A stretch of 33,437 nucleotides of DNA from a virus. Its lineage: Duplodnaviria > Heunggongvirae > Uroviricota > Caudoviricetes. The notes beneath the pieces are model-generated. The model ran no database searches, was not told the DNA's origin, and saw only the letters and a program-made list of their open reading frames with translations. Both the position numbers and the translations under genes were made by a program. The number at the start of each line of letters is the position of its first letter. Position 1 is the first letter of the stretch. Location of the stretch: the IMG/VR virus record IMGVR_UViG_2540341028_000013; one strand, given 5' to 3'. Shown piece after piece: positions 1 to 10,971 of this stretch.

Positions 1-208
1 GGTATCCGTTCTGCTGAAGTGTCATGGCGTTGATTTTACGGTGACTCTTCGACAGTGAAAAGAAAAAAGGCCGCAGAGCGGCCATAAACACAAGTAAAAA
101 TCAACAAGTTAGATAATTATCAAAGACTTACAGACACACAAAAACACAGCCAACCACAACAAATAACAGGGATGTGGTCACTTTGTGGATCATATCGCCG
201 CCATAAAT

Positions 209-649
209 TTACTTAATAACAGTAACCACAGCCACAAGCACGGCCATCGCAGACAGGACAATACCTGTGAGTAACCAAGTCTGATTTGCAAATGATTTCT
301 GAAGTTCAGTACGATGCTCAGCCATCTCAACTTTCAGAGACTGGCGTAAATCAGCCATCTCAGACTTCAGGGATTGGCGCGATTCTGCCATCTCAAGCCT
401 CAACCCTTCGCGAATCTCCAGTACATCAGATTTGGTAGCAAAGGATTCGCTTCTTGTGGTGAGAGTAATCAGGTTGTTTTTGATTTCAGTCACATCACTT
501 TCCAGGCAACTGACCCGCCGTTCAAGGTCGTCATTCATGCCATCACCTCCATCATTACCACTTCCTGTTACTTGGTTGTTGGATACATTATAGGCATTCT
601 CTTTCTTTTTTCTGAACCGCGAAATATGTGCAACATTCTCTGCCATCAC
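209..649 (-). CDS. Hypothetical coiled-coil protein with C-terminal transmembrane anchor (XhlA/DUF1640-like by architecture only)
   Basis: 146-aa ORF; heptad-like repeats (LEMAESRQSLKSEMADLRQSLKVEMAEH) followed by hydrophobic tail WLLTGIVLSAMAVLVAVVTVIK. True start uncertain. Confidence 0.4.
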   Translation of the reverse strand: MMAENVAHISRFRKKKENAYNVSNNQVTGSGNDGGDGMNDDLERRVSCLESDVTEIKNNLITLTTRSESFATKSDVLEIREGLRLEMAESRQSLKSEMADLRQSLKVEMAEHRTELQKSFANQTWLLTGIVLSAMAVLVAVVTVIK

Positions 650-876
650 TTCTCATCACCCTGCTTGCCTACCCAGTTCATAAAGGCCCGGGCCGAGTAA
701 CGATGAACAAACCCACATCTGTTACAGGTAAGTCGGAATTCATAGTTATGGATATTTTCCCGATCATGTCCCTCATATCCCGGATACCCAGTAAATGGAC
801 CGATGTAATCAAGCATAACAAATGAACCGCCCCGGGAATCCTGGAGACTAAACTCCCTGAGAAAGAGGTAAACAGG

Positions 877-1203
877 ATGACTAAAAATACTCGTTTTTCC
901 CCCGAAGTCCGTCAGAGGGCGATTCGTATGGTTCTGGAAAGTCAGGGCGAATATGACTCACAGTGGGCGGCAATTTGTTCCATTGCCCCAAAGATTGGCT
1001 GTACACCGGAGACTCTGCGTGTCTGGGTACGCCAGCATGAGCGGGATACCGGAGGCGGTGATGGCGGGCTCACCACCGCTGAACGTCAGCGTCTGAAAGA
1101 GCTGGAACGTGAAAATCGTGAACTGCGCCGCAGTAACGATATCCTTCGCCAGGCTTCCGCTTATTTTGCGAAGGCGGAGTTCGACCGCCTCTGGAAAAAG
1201 TGA
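877..1203 (+). CDS. IS629 OrfA (transposase DNA-binding subunit)
   Basis: 108 aa, [26 protein letters not shown]...; HTH plus leucine-zipper region typical of IS3-family OrfA; overlaps orfB in -1 frame. Confidence 0.9.
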   Translation: MTKNTRFSPEVRQRAIRMVLESQGEYDSQWAAICSIAPKIGCTPETLRVWVRQHERDTGGGDGGLTTAERQRLKELERENRELRRSNDILRQASAYFAKAEFDRLWKK

Positions 1204-2090
1204 TGCCACTGCTGGATAAGCTGCGTAAGCTGTACGGGGTCGGACCGGTATGCAGTGAACTACATATTGCCCCGTCAACGTATTACCACTGTCAGCAACA
1301 GCGACATCATCCTGATAAACGCAGTGCCCGTGCGCAGCGCGATGACTGGCTGAAGAAAGAGATACTGCGCGTATACGATGGGAATCATCAGGTATACGGT
1401 GTGCGTAAAGTCTGGCGTCAGTTGTTACGGGAAGGTATCAGAGTGGCCAGATGCACTGTGGCACGTCTCATGGCGGTTATGGGACTTGCCGGTGTTCTCC
1501 GGGGTAAAAAGGTCCGTACGACCATCAGCCGGAAAGCCGTTGCCGCAGGCGACCGCGTAAACCGTCAGTTCGTGGCAGAACGACCTGACCAGCTGTGGGT
1601 GGCTGATTTTACTTACGTCAGCACATGGCAGGGCTTCGTCTATGTGGCGTTCATTATTGATGTGTTTGCCGGATACATCGTGGGGTGGCGGGTCTCATCG
1701 TCCATGGAAACGACATTCGTGCTGGATGCTCTGGAGCAGGCGTTATGGGCCCGTCGACCGTCCGGCACGGTCCATCACAGTGATAAAGGTTCTCAGTATG
1801 TATCGCTGGCCTACACACAGCGGCTTAAGGAAGCCGGATTACTGGCATCAACAGGAAGTACAGGCGACTCGTATGACAACGCGATGGCGGAGAGCATCAA
1901 TGGTCTTTACAAAGCGGAGGTAATACACCGTAAGAGCTGGAAAAACCGTGCAGAAGTGGAACTGGCCACACTCACGTGGGTGGACTGGTATAATAATCGA
2001 CGATTGCTGGAAAGGCTGGGCCACATCCCTCCGGCAGAAGCAGAAAAAGCTTATTATGCTTCCATCGGAAACGATGATCTGGCAGCCTGA
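1200..2090 (+). CDS. IS629 OrfB (DDE transposase catalytic subunit)
   Basis: 296 aa with DDE-integrase-like region (WVADFTYV ... [10 protein letters not shown] ... YDNAMAES); 4-bp overlap with orfA as in IS3-family frameshift fusions. Confidence 0.9.
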   Translation: MMPLLDKLRKLYGVGPVCSELHIAPSTYYHCQQQRHHPDKRSARAQRDDWLKKEILRVYDGNHQVYGVRKVWRQLLREGIRVARCTVARLMAVMGLAGVLRGKKVRTTISRKAVAAGDRVNRQFVAERPDQLWVADFTYVSTWQGFVYVAFIIDVFAGYIVGWRVSSSMETTFVLDALEQALWARRPSGTVHHSDKGSQYVSLAYTQRLKEAGLLASTGSTGDSYDNAMAESINGLYKAEVIHRKSWKNRAEVELATLTWVDWYNNRRLLERLGHIPPAEAEKAYYASIGNDDLAA

Positions 2091-2132
2091 GTTCACAGAT
2101 AAAACACTCTCCAGGAAACCCGGGGCGGTTCA

Positions 2133-2333
2133 GTGACTCCGGCGGGTAAAAACGGAGCCGACGAAGCCACTTACGTTTATCTGAACGGCACGCGACTGCT
2201 TGTGGAACTTCCGTACCAGACCGTACAAGAAATCATTAGCGAAGCTGAAAAGGCACGCCAGGTTAATGGCGATGAACCCTATATCGAAATTATTTGTATG
2301 GATTCAGAAGCTGAAATACAGAAAGCAGATTAA
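2133..2333 (+). CDS. Hypothetical small protein; GTG start immediately after the IS629 end
   Basis: 66-aa ORF from track; no recognisable family; may be the distal part of a gene interrupted by IS629. Confidence 0.25.
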   Translation: MTPAGKNGADEATYVYLNGTRLLVELPYQTVQEIISEAEKARQVNGDEPYIEIICMDSEAEIQKAD

Positions 2334-2341
2334 AGGGCGTT

Positions 2342-2581
2342 GTGATGGGCAAAGAATATAAAACTCTCATTAACAAAGCACTTGAGCGTTTTTATTTTCG
2401 CTTAAGTGCATCAGGCGCTCATGCTGAACGTGCGGCCCGTGACTCATTGACCAGAGCAATCCGAAGTCTGTATGACGTGGCTTTTTACGCTGATGATCTG
2501 GATGCACTTAACGAACTTTCCGAGCTGATCTGTGCCGCAGTGGATTTGCCCCTATATTTCCAGACATCTGTTATCACTTAA
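2342..2581 (+). pseudogene. Hypothetical small ORF whose 3' end runs into the IS2 terminus
   Basis: 79-aa ORF; last 11 residues ([11 protein letters not shown]) are encoded by the IS2 terminal sequence beginning at 2541, so the native C-terminus is replaced. Confidence 0.3.
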
Positions 2582-2805
2582 CCCATTACAAGCCCGCTGC
2601 CGCAGATATTCCCGTGGCGAGTGATAACCCAGCGCACTATGCGGATGCCATTCGTTATAATGCTCGAACGCCTCTGCAAGGTTCTTTGCTGCCGTTAACC
2701 CGTCTGGTTTGGGCATGATACTGATGTAGTCACGCTTTATCGTTTTCACGAAGCTCTCTGCTATTCCGTTACTCTCCGGACTCCGCACCGCCGTGTTCTT
2801 CGGTT
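2541..2805 (-). mobile_element. IS2 fragment (265 bp of the insD-proximal end), truncated by IS911 insertion
   Basis: Near-identical (about 1 mismatch) to 32521-32785 of the IS2 copy at the window end; starts with IS2 terminus TGGATTTGCCCCTATATTTCCAGACATCTG; homology stops exactly where the IS911 left IR begins (2806). Confidence 0.85.
2552..2805 (-). pseudogene. insD: IS2 insD 3' fragment (C-terminal ~85 codons)
   Basis: Translation ...[59 protein letters not shown]... identical to the C-terminus of the full insD at 32532-33437. Confidence 0.85.
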
Positions 2806-2877
2806 TGAAGTGGCACACTGAATTTGGCCACCTGAACAGAGGTGATATGCTCACCTCAGAACAACACAGGTGCTCCA

Positions 2878-4046
<1,169 letters not shown>

Positions 4047-4054
4047 CCACTTCA

Positions 4055-4660
4055 AACCGCAAAAAAGCGAACGTCATGCGCCCGGTGGAGTACCAGAACG
4101 GCGAAGCATTCACTATCCGTAACGTACAGGTTATGCCTGAATCCATTCCGGCTGGCTTTAAGGCACTGGCTGACATGAGTCCGTTTGAATCCCTGCTGAT
4201 TGTGGATTTGGGCGGAACCACGCTGGATGTGGCAAAGGTTCAGGGGCAACTGGCAGGTATCAGCCAGGTGTTTTGCGATCCACACGTGGGCGTTTCTCTG
4301 ATGGCCGATGCCGTACTGTCGGTGATGGCCACTAACGGTATGCGCACCAGTCACCACATCGCCAATACCATTATCGAACATCGCCATGATGAAGCCTGGC
4401 TGCGCCAGCACATCCACAATGACGCGCATTACGCCAGCCTGATGGCGGTAATTCGTGAAAAGGAAGAAACACTGAAACAACGCGTGATCCGCGCGCTGGC
4501 GGTTTTTTCGGGTTACGGGCGGGTGATGGTTGTCGGTGGAGGGGCGGAGATTGTGGCACCCGCTATCCGCGAAGCCTGCGGAGTTAATGCGACTTTCATC
4601 GCGGACGGGGTGCCACAGTTTGCTCTGGTTAATGGGCTGTACGCAATGGACAAGGAGTAA
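4055..4660 (+). pseudogene. parM: parM/stbA 3' fragment (actin-like plasmid segregation ATPase), 5' end removed by IS911
   Basis: Translation from the IS911 boundary: TIRNVQVMPESIPAGFKALADM...LLIVDLGGTTLDVAKV...GVSLMADAV...VMVVGGGAEIV matches the C-terminal ~190 aa of plasmid R1 ParM/StbA as recalled; N-terminal ~130 aa absent. Confidence 0.8.
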
Positions 4661-4664
4661 ACCA

Positions 4665-4976
4665 ATGACGACTCCAACCAGACGGATAAGTTTCTATCTG
4701 AAGCCCACCGCCGTCAAGAACGAAGGAGAAGCATGCGCCTGGCTGGACAGCCTTACACCAGAAGCCCGCAAAAGCGGCCAACGCGTGGCTTTTCTGGCCG
4801 GGCTGGCACTTCTGAAAATGAATCCGGCAGAGGCTTATCGACTGGCTGCATGGGCTGGTGATGAAGCGTTATCAGTGACACAAACCAGGACAGAACGCCC
4901 CGCATCACAGCCAGTATCAACCGCACAGATAACCAGTCAGATGGCCGGAAATATCCGGGCGTTATTTCCTGAATAA
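4665..4976 (+). CDS. parR: ParR/StbB-like centromere-binding protein
   Basis: 103 aa from ATG 4665, RBS AAGGAG overlapping the parM stop; RRISFYLKP...LDSL...FLAGLAL...IRALFPE resembles R1 ParR (TIAFKLNP...LDSI...LTAGLAL...LRSLFPKE). Confidence 0.55.
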   Translation: MTTPTRRISFYLKPTAVKNEGEACAWLDSLTPEARKSGQRVAFLAGLALLKMNPAEAYRLAAWAGDEALSVTQTRTERPASQPVSTAQITSQMAGNIRALFPE

Positions 4977-5039
4977 CACAACATCAGGGCGAGTTCGCCC
5001 TGCTCTCCACCTCAGAACATAAACAAGGAGAACGACTTA

Positions 5040-5630
5040 ATGAGCGAAATCAACTATCAGGCATTACGTGAACGTTATTCACCTGTGCCAGTACCGAAAT
5101 GCCCTATTTGCGGCGAGGAAATGTCAATTCAGCGAATATCTGGAGCACAGGTTGTTTATGCCTGCTCCGGTTATGGTGATGATGGAGATTTCAAAATTGG
5201 CCGAACTCTTGCTGACAAACATTATGAAAAATCACGCGTAACAGTGTTGGATGTCGGGGATCCTGAAGTATTGGCGCTACTTGATTGGCTGGAAACCAAA
5301 GACAACCGAATCGCTGAACTGGAAAAAATCGCCACTGACTATGCACTTAAATTCCAGAAAGCACAGGACGCATTAAAGCATGCCGCTTTGCTGCATAGCA
5401 GGACGGCGCAACAAACAAATAATTTTGCAGTATCGCTTCCGGACATAAGCGAATATTTCATTAATGACGTATTTCAGCCCTTGCGATACGAGCGGGATGT
5501 TGAAAGAGCCATCATAAAGGCTGGCGGAAAAGCATTGTGGCAGGAGAAACACGAGGACAGAACGCATCAGTCATGCGATGTAAATTGTGGATGGTTTAGC
5601 CCACTGACGACAGATAAAAATAACACCTGA
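5040..5630 (+). CDS. Hypothetical protein with N-terminal Cys-rich zinc-ribbon-like motif and central coiled coil
   Basis: 196-aa ORF; CPICGEE...YACSGYG motif; coiled-coil segment ALLDWLETKDNRIAELEKIATDYALKFQKAQDALKH; no family recognised. Confidence 0.5.
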   Translation: MSEINYQALRERYSPVPVPKCPICGEEMSIQRISGAQVVYACSGYGDDGDFKIGRTLADKHYEKSRVTVLDVGDPEVLALLDWLETKDNRIAELEKIATDYALKFQKAQDALKHAALLHSRTAQQTNNFAVSLPDISEYFINDVFQPLRYERDVERAIIKAGGKALWQEKHEDRTHQSCDVNCGWFSPLTTDKNNT

Positions 5631-5751
5631 TCCCCCTCAAACCAGGGCGATAATCGCACATCGCCCTGCTGCACATTTGCACAATTTTTTTGAACGAATT
5701 TTTGCCCTTCCAGCCCGCGTGGCGGCTGGATCCGTCAAGGATCCGTGCGTG

Positions 5752-5775
5752 CACAAAAAAACGCGCTTTTTCTGC
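5752..5775 (-). terminator. Putative rho-independent terminator (minus strand)
   Basis: GC stem CGCGC/GCGCG with 7-nt loop; on the minus strand it is followed by a run of 7 T. Approximate coordinates. Confidence 0.3.
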
Positions 5776-6057
5776 GCGCAGGTGACGGGGGAACAGCCCG
5801 CGTTTCAGGGGGTAAATAGCGTTCCCTTAACGATGTCGCAGCGACACGACAGAATGGCCGTATTTCTCACGCTGAGCGTGAAAAATACGTGAGGGATTCT
5901 GATTTGATGGGGTGAAAGGTAAGGCCGTCAAAATCGCACTGAGGCGGCGAGAACATGCAGTCAACGCGGTGGGATTGCGTAAGAGTCTGACCGTCGATGG
6001 TGGCGATAAACTGGAAGGCGTCGTGAAATTATCTGACTGATACAGGAGCTGGAGAGT

Positions 6058-6082
6058 CGGGGCATAAATTTTTTATGCCCCG
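6058..6082. terminator. Perfect palindromic hairpin just downstream of Q (possible bidirectional terminator)
   Basis: CGGGGCATAAA-TTT-TTTATGCCCCG, 11-bp stem; lies 27 bp beyond the Q stop on the minus strand. Confidence 0.4.
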
Positions 6083-6108
6083 GCGAAGCAGCAGACAAGC
6101 GAAGCGCG

Positions 6109-7145
6109 TCAGGATGTGGGCTGGATGTCTAACAGTGCGTAAGGGTTAAAGCGGATCACCTCTTCGCCAAGCCAGTCATTGATGTGCTTCATGGCCTCCA
6201 TGACGGGCATCAGCTCGTTAATTGCGTAAACCCGCGCGGCCTTCTCCACATCACCAAACGCACTTTTTTCACCCGGCATCGCCCCCATCAGTTGCGGCGG
6301 AACGCGGTGCGCAGCCAGCACATCATCACGGGATGCCGCCTTAACATTCATGAACTCATCCTTTGCGGTGATCTGCTGGAACGGCAAAATTTGCACCCCC
6401 TCTTTGCCCCCGTTGGGCGCATGAATGAGCACGTTTTTAAACGCACCACCACCACGCGCACCCTGTAGCGTTTCTTTCAGGGAGTCCATGCTTTCGCGGT
6501 TTACCTGCGCGGCACCGATGTAGATGATGCACCCGGCGTGGGATCCGTTGTCGTAATACAGTTTTCTGAACATGTCCGCCGAATGAGACAGGCTGGCCGA
6601 GAGTAATGCGCCGAGATATTCCGGCATGCCGTAGATTTCCTGGTTAATGTCAGGATTCATCAGGTGACACACTTTGCCTGGGCGAAACTGAAACGCATCC
6701 TTGCCATCCTGCACATACCTCCATGATTCAAGATCGCTTCCGCGTCGCATGTATTTCGCCAGGGCGTGCCGTAATTTAAGCGGTTCGCCGAGCATATTGC
6801 TTCGAAGCTCAAGGAATGCGTTACCGAACACAAACCAGTCCAGCGCCAGCGCCGAGAAATCCTGCCGGGAAAGCAGCGGGTGCGGGATGTAGCAACCGAG
6901 CAATACATTGCGCTTAAAATAAAGCGCAGACTGATGCCAGGACGTTTGCCGGGCAGCTCTTGCCAGACCGTACCAGTCCACCGGGGTTTCATACCACCGC
7001 CCGTTATCAGCACAGTACATATTGTCCAGCAGGTCAGGCGATAAGGACCATCAAATGTGAATGCACTGAGCGATGATTCTTTCCTGAGCGCATCAGCGAG
7101 ATCAATGCGTGAACTCATGCGCACTTTTTTATTTTTTCTGCTCAT
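6109..7145 (-). pseudogene. Q: P2-like portal protein gpQ, frameshifted near 7045
   Basis: Start ATG overlaps the P stop (ATGA). The N-terminal frame (MSRKNKKV...AFTFDGP) then degenerates; the conserved remainder (SLSPDLLDNMYCADNGRWYETPVDWYGLARAAR...HRVPPQLMGAMPGE...) is in another frame. A single missing base in a CC/TT dinucleotide at about 7044-7048 would restore one ORF of about 345 aa. Confidence 0.8.
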
Positions 7146-8896
7146 CAGAACTCCATAACCGTGAAACGCTCGTTTTCTCCTTCGCCGCCAATCGGTTCGT
7201 TAATGACAGCAAGCATGGTTGCCCACGCAAGGTCGCCGTGGCTGATCCCCCTCGCTCGGTCCGTTTCGTAAGTGATAAAGCCGCCCGGTGTTTTCACCTT
7301 ACGCACGGCGTTAAAGGCCGCGACCAGCTCGCGTTCGGCGCGATCGTATTCCCACCGCCCGGCACGCATTATTTGCAGCATTTTCAGTACCAGCGACCGT
7401 TTTGATGACAGCGTGAAGGTGTACGGAATAGCGGCAGGGAAAAACCGTTTCACTATCTGATAAACAGCCTCCCCGTTCCCGCCCGTCACATCAATGCCGA
7501 TGTGTTCCACGTTGTAGCGACACGTGAACTCTTCAATGACTCTGGCCTGTTCTTCAAACTCCAGCCCCTGAACGCGTCGCGTCTCCACCGTTCGAAAACG
7601 GCCACCAGGAACAGACGGAGGAACCACCACGGACACAGCGCCGCTGTCGCCGTTGCCACTGCTGCCGTTTGCGTCATACCCAATCCATACCGGACGATTC
7701 CCCATCGGGCGGGGAGCAAAAGGTTTCCAGTCTTTCCAGTCGTCGTATCCGTCAACGCCGCAGCCAATCAGGATATTCAGGTTAAATGCCGATTCCCCTT
7801 CGCGGACAAACTCACACATATAGAGATTGAGGAACTCGTCTTCGGTGTTTTCATCACGAATTTCGTCGATATCGGTGTGTTTCCAGCCGTGATTAACCAC
7901 ATCTTCCAGCGTGACAATTTGCCGCCACGTCCGGTCAGGGCAGATAAGCCCGTTATGCAGCGTTTTCCAGTCCACAGAAAAACGCTGGCGTTTATGCGAG
8001 GCCTTTTTCTCGTTCCAGCGGTCGCCGTTCCAGTAGGCGTATGCCTCGTGCGTTTCGGTGGATGGCGTGGAGAAGTAGGTGCGCCGCAGTCCGCTGAGGG
8101 TTGCCATAGCGCCAGCCACCTTGCGCAGTTCAGCAAAGCGACTGACCCAGAAAAATTCATCAAAATAAAAATTGCCCGTATAGGACTGTGCCGACGCAGC
8201 AGAAGTGCCGAGAAAATGCAGCTCTGCGCCGTTGGAGAGGATGATTTTATCGCCCCCTTTCAGCTCCACATCAACTTCAGCCGCGGCCTTCTGAATAATG
8301 CTTTTAAACTGGAACGCCTGACGACGCGACGCAGACAAAAAAATCTGGTTACGCTGGTAAGGTTGCGCCACATCGTCACGCAGCGCCATCAGCAGTGCTT
8401 CCTGTGCAAAATACCAGGTCGCCCCAATCTGTCGGGATTTCAGGATCATCCTGTTACGTATCCCGGCTTCCCTGCAAAGGGTCAGGGAGTCAAACCAGCC
8501 CCGCTGATGCCACTCCAGCCTGCTGATGATTTTTTCCCGCAGTGCGGCAATCTGTTCCGGCGTGAAATGATTTTTGAGTTTTTTCGCCCGGCCTTTCTTT
8601 CCTGCGGCCATCACATCCGGCTGGCCATCATGCAGCTTTTTAAGCTGCCGGGTCAGCAGGTCTATTTCCTTAAAGTCACCGCCTGTTTTATTCTGTTTTT
8701 CAGTAAGCTGGATGAGGCGCGCATCGATGGACTGCGTGACACGCTGCCCGGGTGGCGTTTCATCCCACTGGTCACGTTTTTTCCACGCATAAATCGTGTT
8801 CGGGTTTATTCCCATCAGACGTGATATTTCTGCGGGCGGATAACCCTGCCAGTAAAGTTGCCGCGCACGCTGGCGCACAAAAGCGTCCTGAATCAT
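7145..8896 (-). CDS. P: P2-like terminase large (ATPase) subunit gpP
   Basis: Intact 583-aa ORF (P2 gpP is about 590 aa); position immediately upstream of Q on the same strand as in P2. Confidence 0.9.
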   Translation of the reverse strand: MIQDAFVRQRARQLYWQGYPPAEISRLMGINPNTIYAWKKRDQWDETPPGQRVTQSIDARLIQLTEKQNKTGGDFKEIDLLTRQLKKLHDGQPDVMAAGKKGRAKKLKNHFTPEQIAALREKIISRLEWHQRGWFDSLTLCREAGIRNRMILKSRQIGATWYFAQEALLMALRDDVAQPYQRNQIFLSASRRQAFQFKSIIQKAAAEVDVELKGGDKIILSNGAELHFLGTSAASAQSYTGNFYFDEFFWVSRFAELRKVAGAMATLSGLRRTYFSTPSTETHEAYAYWNGDRWNEKKASHKRQRFSVDWKTLHNGLICPDRTWRQIVTLEDVVNHGWKHTDIDEIRDENTEDEFLNLYMCEFVREGESAFNLNILIGCGVDGYDDWKDWKPFAPRPMGNRPVWIGYDANGSSGNGDSGAVSVVVPPSVPGGRFRTVETRRVQGLEFEEQARVIEEFTCRYNVEHIGIDVTGGNGEAVYQIVKRFFPAAIPYTFTLSSKRSLVLKMLQIMRAGRWEYDRAERELVAAFNAVRKVKTPGGFITYETDRARGISHGDLAWATMLAVINEPIGGEGENERFTVMEF

Positions 8897-9050
8897 TGCT
8901 CCCCCTGAGTAATTACAGGAAGATTACCCGCGCGCGAAACTGTTCTCCTTAACCCTCTGTTCTGGCCGTTTTCTTACAACAAAAGCCCTTTGTATCAGCC
9001 TGTTACGCTTTGCCATCATGACTGAAGAACCAGTCAGAGGGGCAAAAACT
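8897..9050. promoter_or_regulatory. Divergent late-promoter region between P (leftward) and O (rightward)
   Basis: By synteny with P2, where Ogr-dependent promoters P_P and P_O diverge here; individual promoter elements not confidently mapped. Confidence 0.3.
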
Positions 9051-9887
9051 ATGGCTAATGAAAAAAAGACATCCCGCAAAAAGTTTCGCGTGGCTGTCTC
9101 CGGATCAACTGTTGATGGCCGTGAAATCAGTCCGGTGCATCTGCGTGAAGCCGCCGAGAACTTCAACCCGGATGTTTACGCTGCCCGCGTGAACGTTGAG
9201 CACTATCTCTCGCCATGCCCGTCAAGCGAATTTTCCGCAATGGGCGATGTCACCGCACTGAGTACGGAAGACATTACGGAAGGTCCGCTGGCCGGACGTA
9301 CTGCGCTGTATGCAGAAATCGAACCGACCGAGCGCATGAAGCAGCTTGTTGCGGACGGCAAGAAAATCTATTCCAGTATCGAACTGCACCCGCAGTTCTC
9401 CGTTAACGGGCGCGCCTATCTGGTCGGGCTGGCGATGACCGACACCCCGGCAAGCCTGGGCACTGAGCGCCTGAAATTCACGGCACAGCAACGTCAGGCG
9501 GTGATGACGTTTAACAGTATCCAGGGTGAAGCGCCGCTTATCTCCGAAGCCATCGAGTCTGAAATCATCGAAATGGCAGAACAACGCCAGGAAGAAGGCA
9601 CCCAGTGGTTTAACCGCGTAATGGGGATTATTGGCCGTGGCCGCAAAGCGGATGACGCCAGTTTTTCCCGTATTCAGGAAGCGGTGGAAGGCGTCGCAAC
9701 GTCACAGGCCGACATTATCGACCGTTTTAATGTGCTGGAAACCCGCCATCAGCAGGACCGCCAGAAAATTACGTCACTGACCACAGAGCTGGCAGCACTG
9801 AAGGAAAAACTGCGCACGCAGGACGGCGATCCGCAGAACCGCTTCACCGCAACGGGCGCAGCCTCCGACCAGCTGGCCGACTTCTGA
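9051..9887 (+). CDS. O: P2-like capsid scaffolding protein gpO
   Basis: 278 aa from ATG 9051 (RBS AGAGGGG); KFRVAVSGSTVDGREISP...YLVGLAMTDTPASLGTE resembles P2 gpO (FRIGVEGDTCDGRVIS...YLVGLAVTDDPASLGTE). Confidence 0.85.
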   Translation: MANEKKTSRKKFRVAVSGSTVDGREISPVHLREAAENFNPDVYAARVNVEHYLSPCPSSEFSAMGDVTALSTEDITEGPLAGRTALYAEIEPTERMKQLVADGKKIYSSIELHPQFSVNGRAYLVGLAMTDTPASLGTERLKFTAQQRQAVMTFNSIQGEAPLISEAIESEIIEMAEQRQEEGTQWFNRVMGIIGRGRKADDASFSRIQEAVEGVATSQADIIDRFNVLETRHQQDRQKITSLTTELAALKEKLRTQDGDPQNRFTATGAASDQLADF

Positions 9888-9910
9888 TTAGACAAAGGAG
9901 CAAATTTTTT

Positions 9911-10962
9911 ATGAATCTGGTGATGTCAGATATTACCCGCAACAAGCTGGGTTGCTATATGGCGCAGCAGGTGTCGCTTAATAATATCCCGGTATCTGCA
10001 CTGGTGTCGCGATTTACCGTGGAACCCGCGGTGCAGCAGCGTTTTGAAAACGCCTCAAAGGAAAGTACCGAATTTACGAAAAAAATAACGTGATCGGCGT
10101 GACCGACCAGAAAGGCGAAAAAATCCTCCTGGATACCACAGGACCGATTGCGCGCACGAATACCAGTTATGACGGCACAAAACGCCGTAACCCGAATAAC
10201 GTGGTTGATCTGAAAAACCGCAAATATCAGTGTGAACAGGTGAACTACGACACGTTTATTTCGTATCCGCAGCTTGATGCCTGGTCGGCACACCCTGATT
10301 TTCAGTCCCGCATCAGCGCACAGATTGCCCGACAGGTGGCGCTTGACCGCATCATGATCGGTTTCAACGGCACGTCTCACGCGGATGAGTCCAACTTCAG
10401 CACCAACAAGCTGCTTCAGGACGTTAACGTGGGCTGGCTGGAGCACATCAGAACCGACGCCAGCGAACGCGTTATGAATGACGTGACGCTGACCTCCCGC
10501 AACATGGACAACACCGTGGCGCACGCGGGTAAGTATGCGAACGCTGATGCACTGGTACAGGACGCGCGTTCATCCCTGCTAGATGAATGGCACAAGGAAG
10601 CTGACGACCTCGTGGTGATTATGGGGCGCAACCTGTTTAACTCGCTGCGTCTGCCCGTGCTGAACAGCATCAGCGGCCAGAATCCCAATGCGGAATTACT
10701 CGCCGGGCAGCTCATCCTGTCATCGCGCACCATTGGCGGGCTGGGCGTGTTCCTTGCGCCGTTCTTCCCGGATGCAACGATGCTGATCACCTCGTTCAAC
10801 AACCTGTCGATTTACTGGCAGAAAGGTTCAATGCGTCGCCTGATGAAAGACGAGCCGGAATACAACCGCATCGCCACCTACCAGTCCATCAATGACGCTT
10901 ATGTCGTTGAAGACTATGGCAAGTGCGCGATGGTTACTGGCCTGAAGTTCGCCGACAGCTAA
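9911..10962 (+). pseudogene. N: P2-like major capsid protein gpN, frameshifted at about 10087
   Basis: N-terminal 60 codons (…FTVEPAVQQRF…TEFTKKIT*) and the remaining 290 codons (…IGVTDQKGEKI…YVVEDYG…) are in different frames; restoring one A in ATAACG at about 10086-10090 gives TKKINVIGVTDQKGEKI, colinear with P2 gpN (TRINIVPVSEMKGEKI). Confidence 0.8.
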
Positions 10963-10971
10963 TCAACTCAC

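Larger units (their letters stand above)
823..2132 (+). mobile_element. IS629 (IS3 family), complete 1310-bp copy
   Basis: Terminal inverted repeats TGAACCGCCCCGGG at 823 and reverse complement ending at 2132; orfA/orfB pair recalled as IS629/IS1203; ends TG...CA. Confidence 0.85.

Noticed and set aside
628-825. 65-aa plus-strand ORF ending exactly at the IS629 left end
   Set aside because: Its stop codon is supplied by the first bases of the IS (TGA of TGAACC) and it overlaps the minus-strand coiled-coil ORF; could be a truncated gene, but evidence is insufficient to call.
1378-1923. Alternative-frame ORFs (60 and 93 aa) inside IS629 orfB
   Set aside because: Overlap the DDE transposase frame; no support for independent genes.
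7502-8824. 440-aa plus-strand ORF fully inside the terminase gene P
   Set aside because: Antisense shadow ORF of a well-conserved gene; Arg/Pro/Ser-rich low-complexity translation with no independent signals.
8897-9050. Ogr-type activator binding site (TGT-N12-ACA) in the P/O divergent promoter region
   Set aside because: TGT and ACA triplets are present, but I could not find a pair with the 12-bp spacing expected from P2 late promoters; the region is reported only as generic regulatory.
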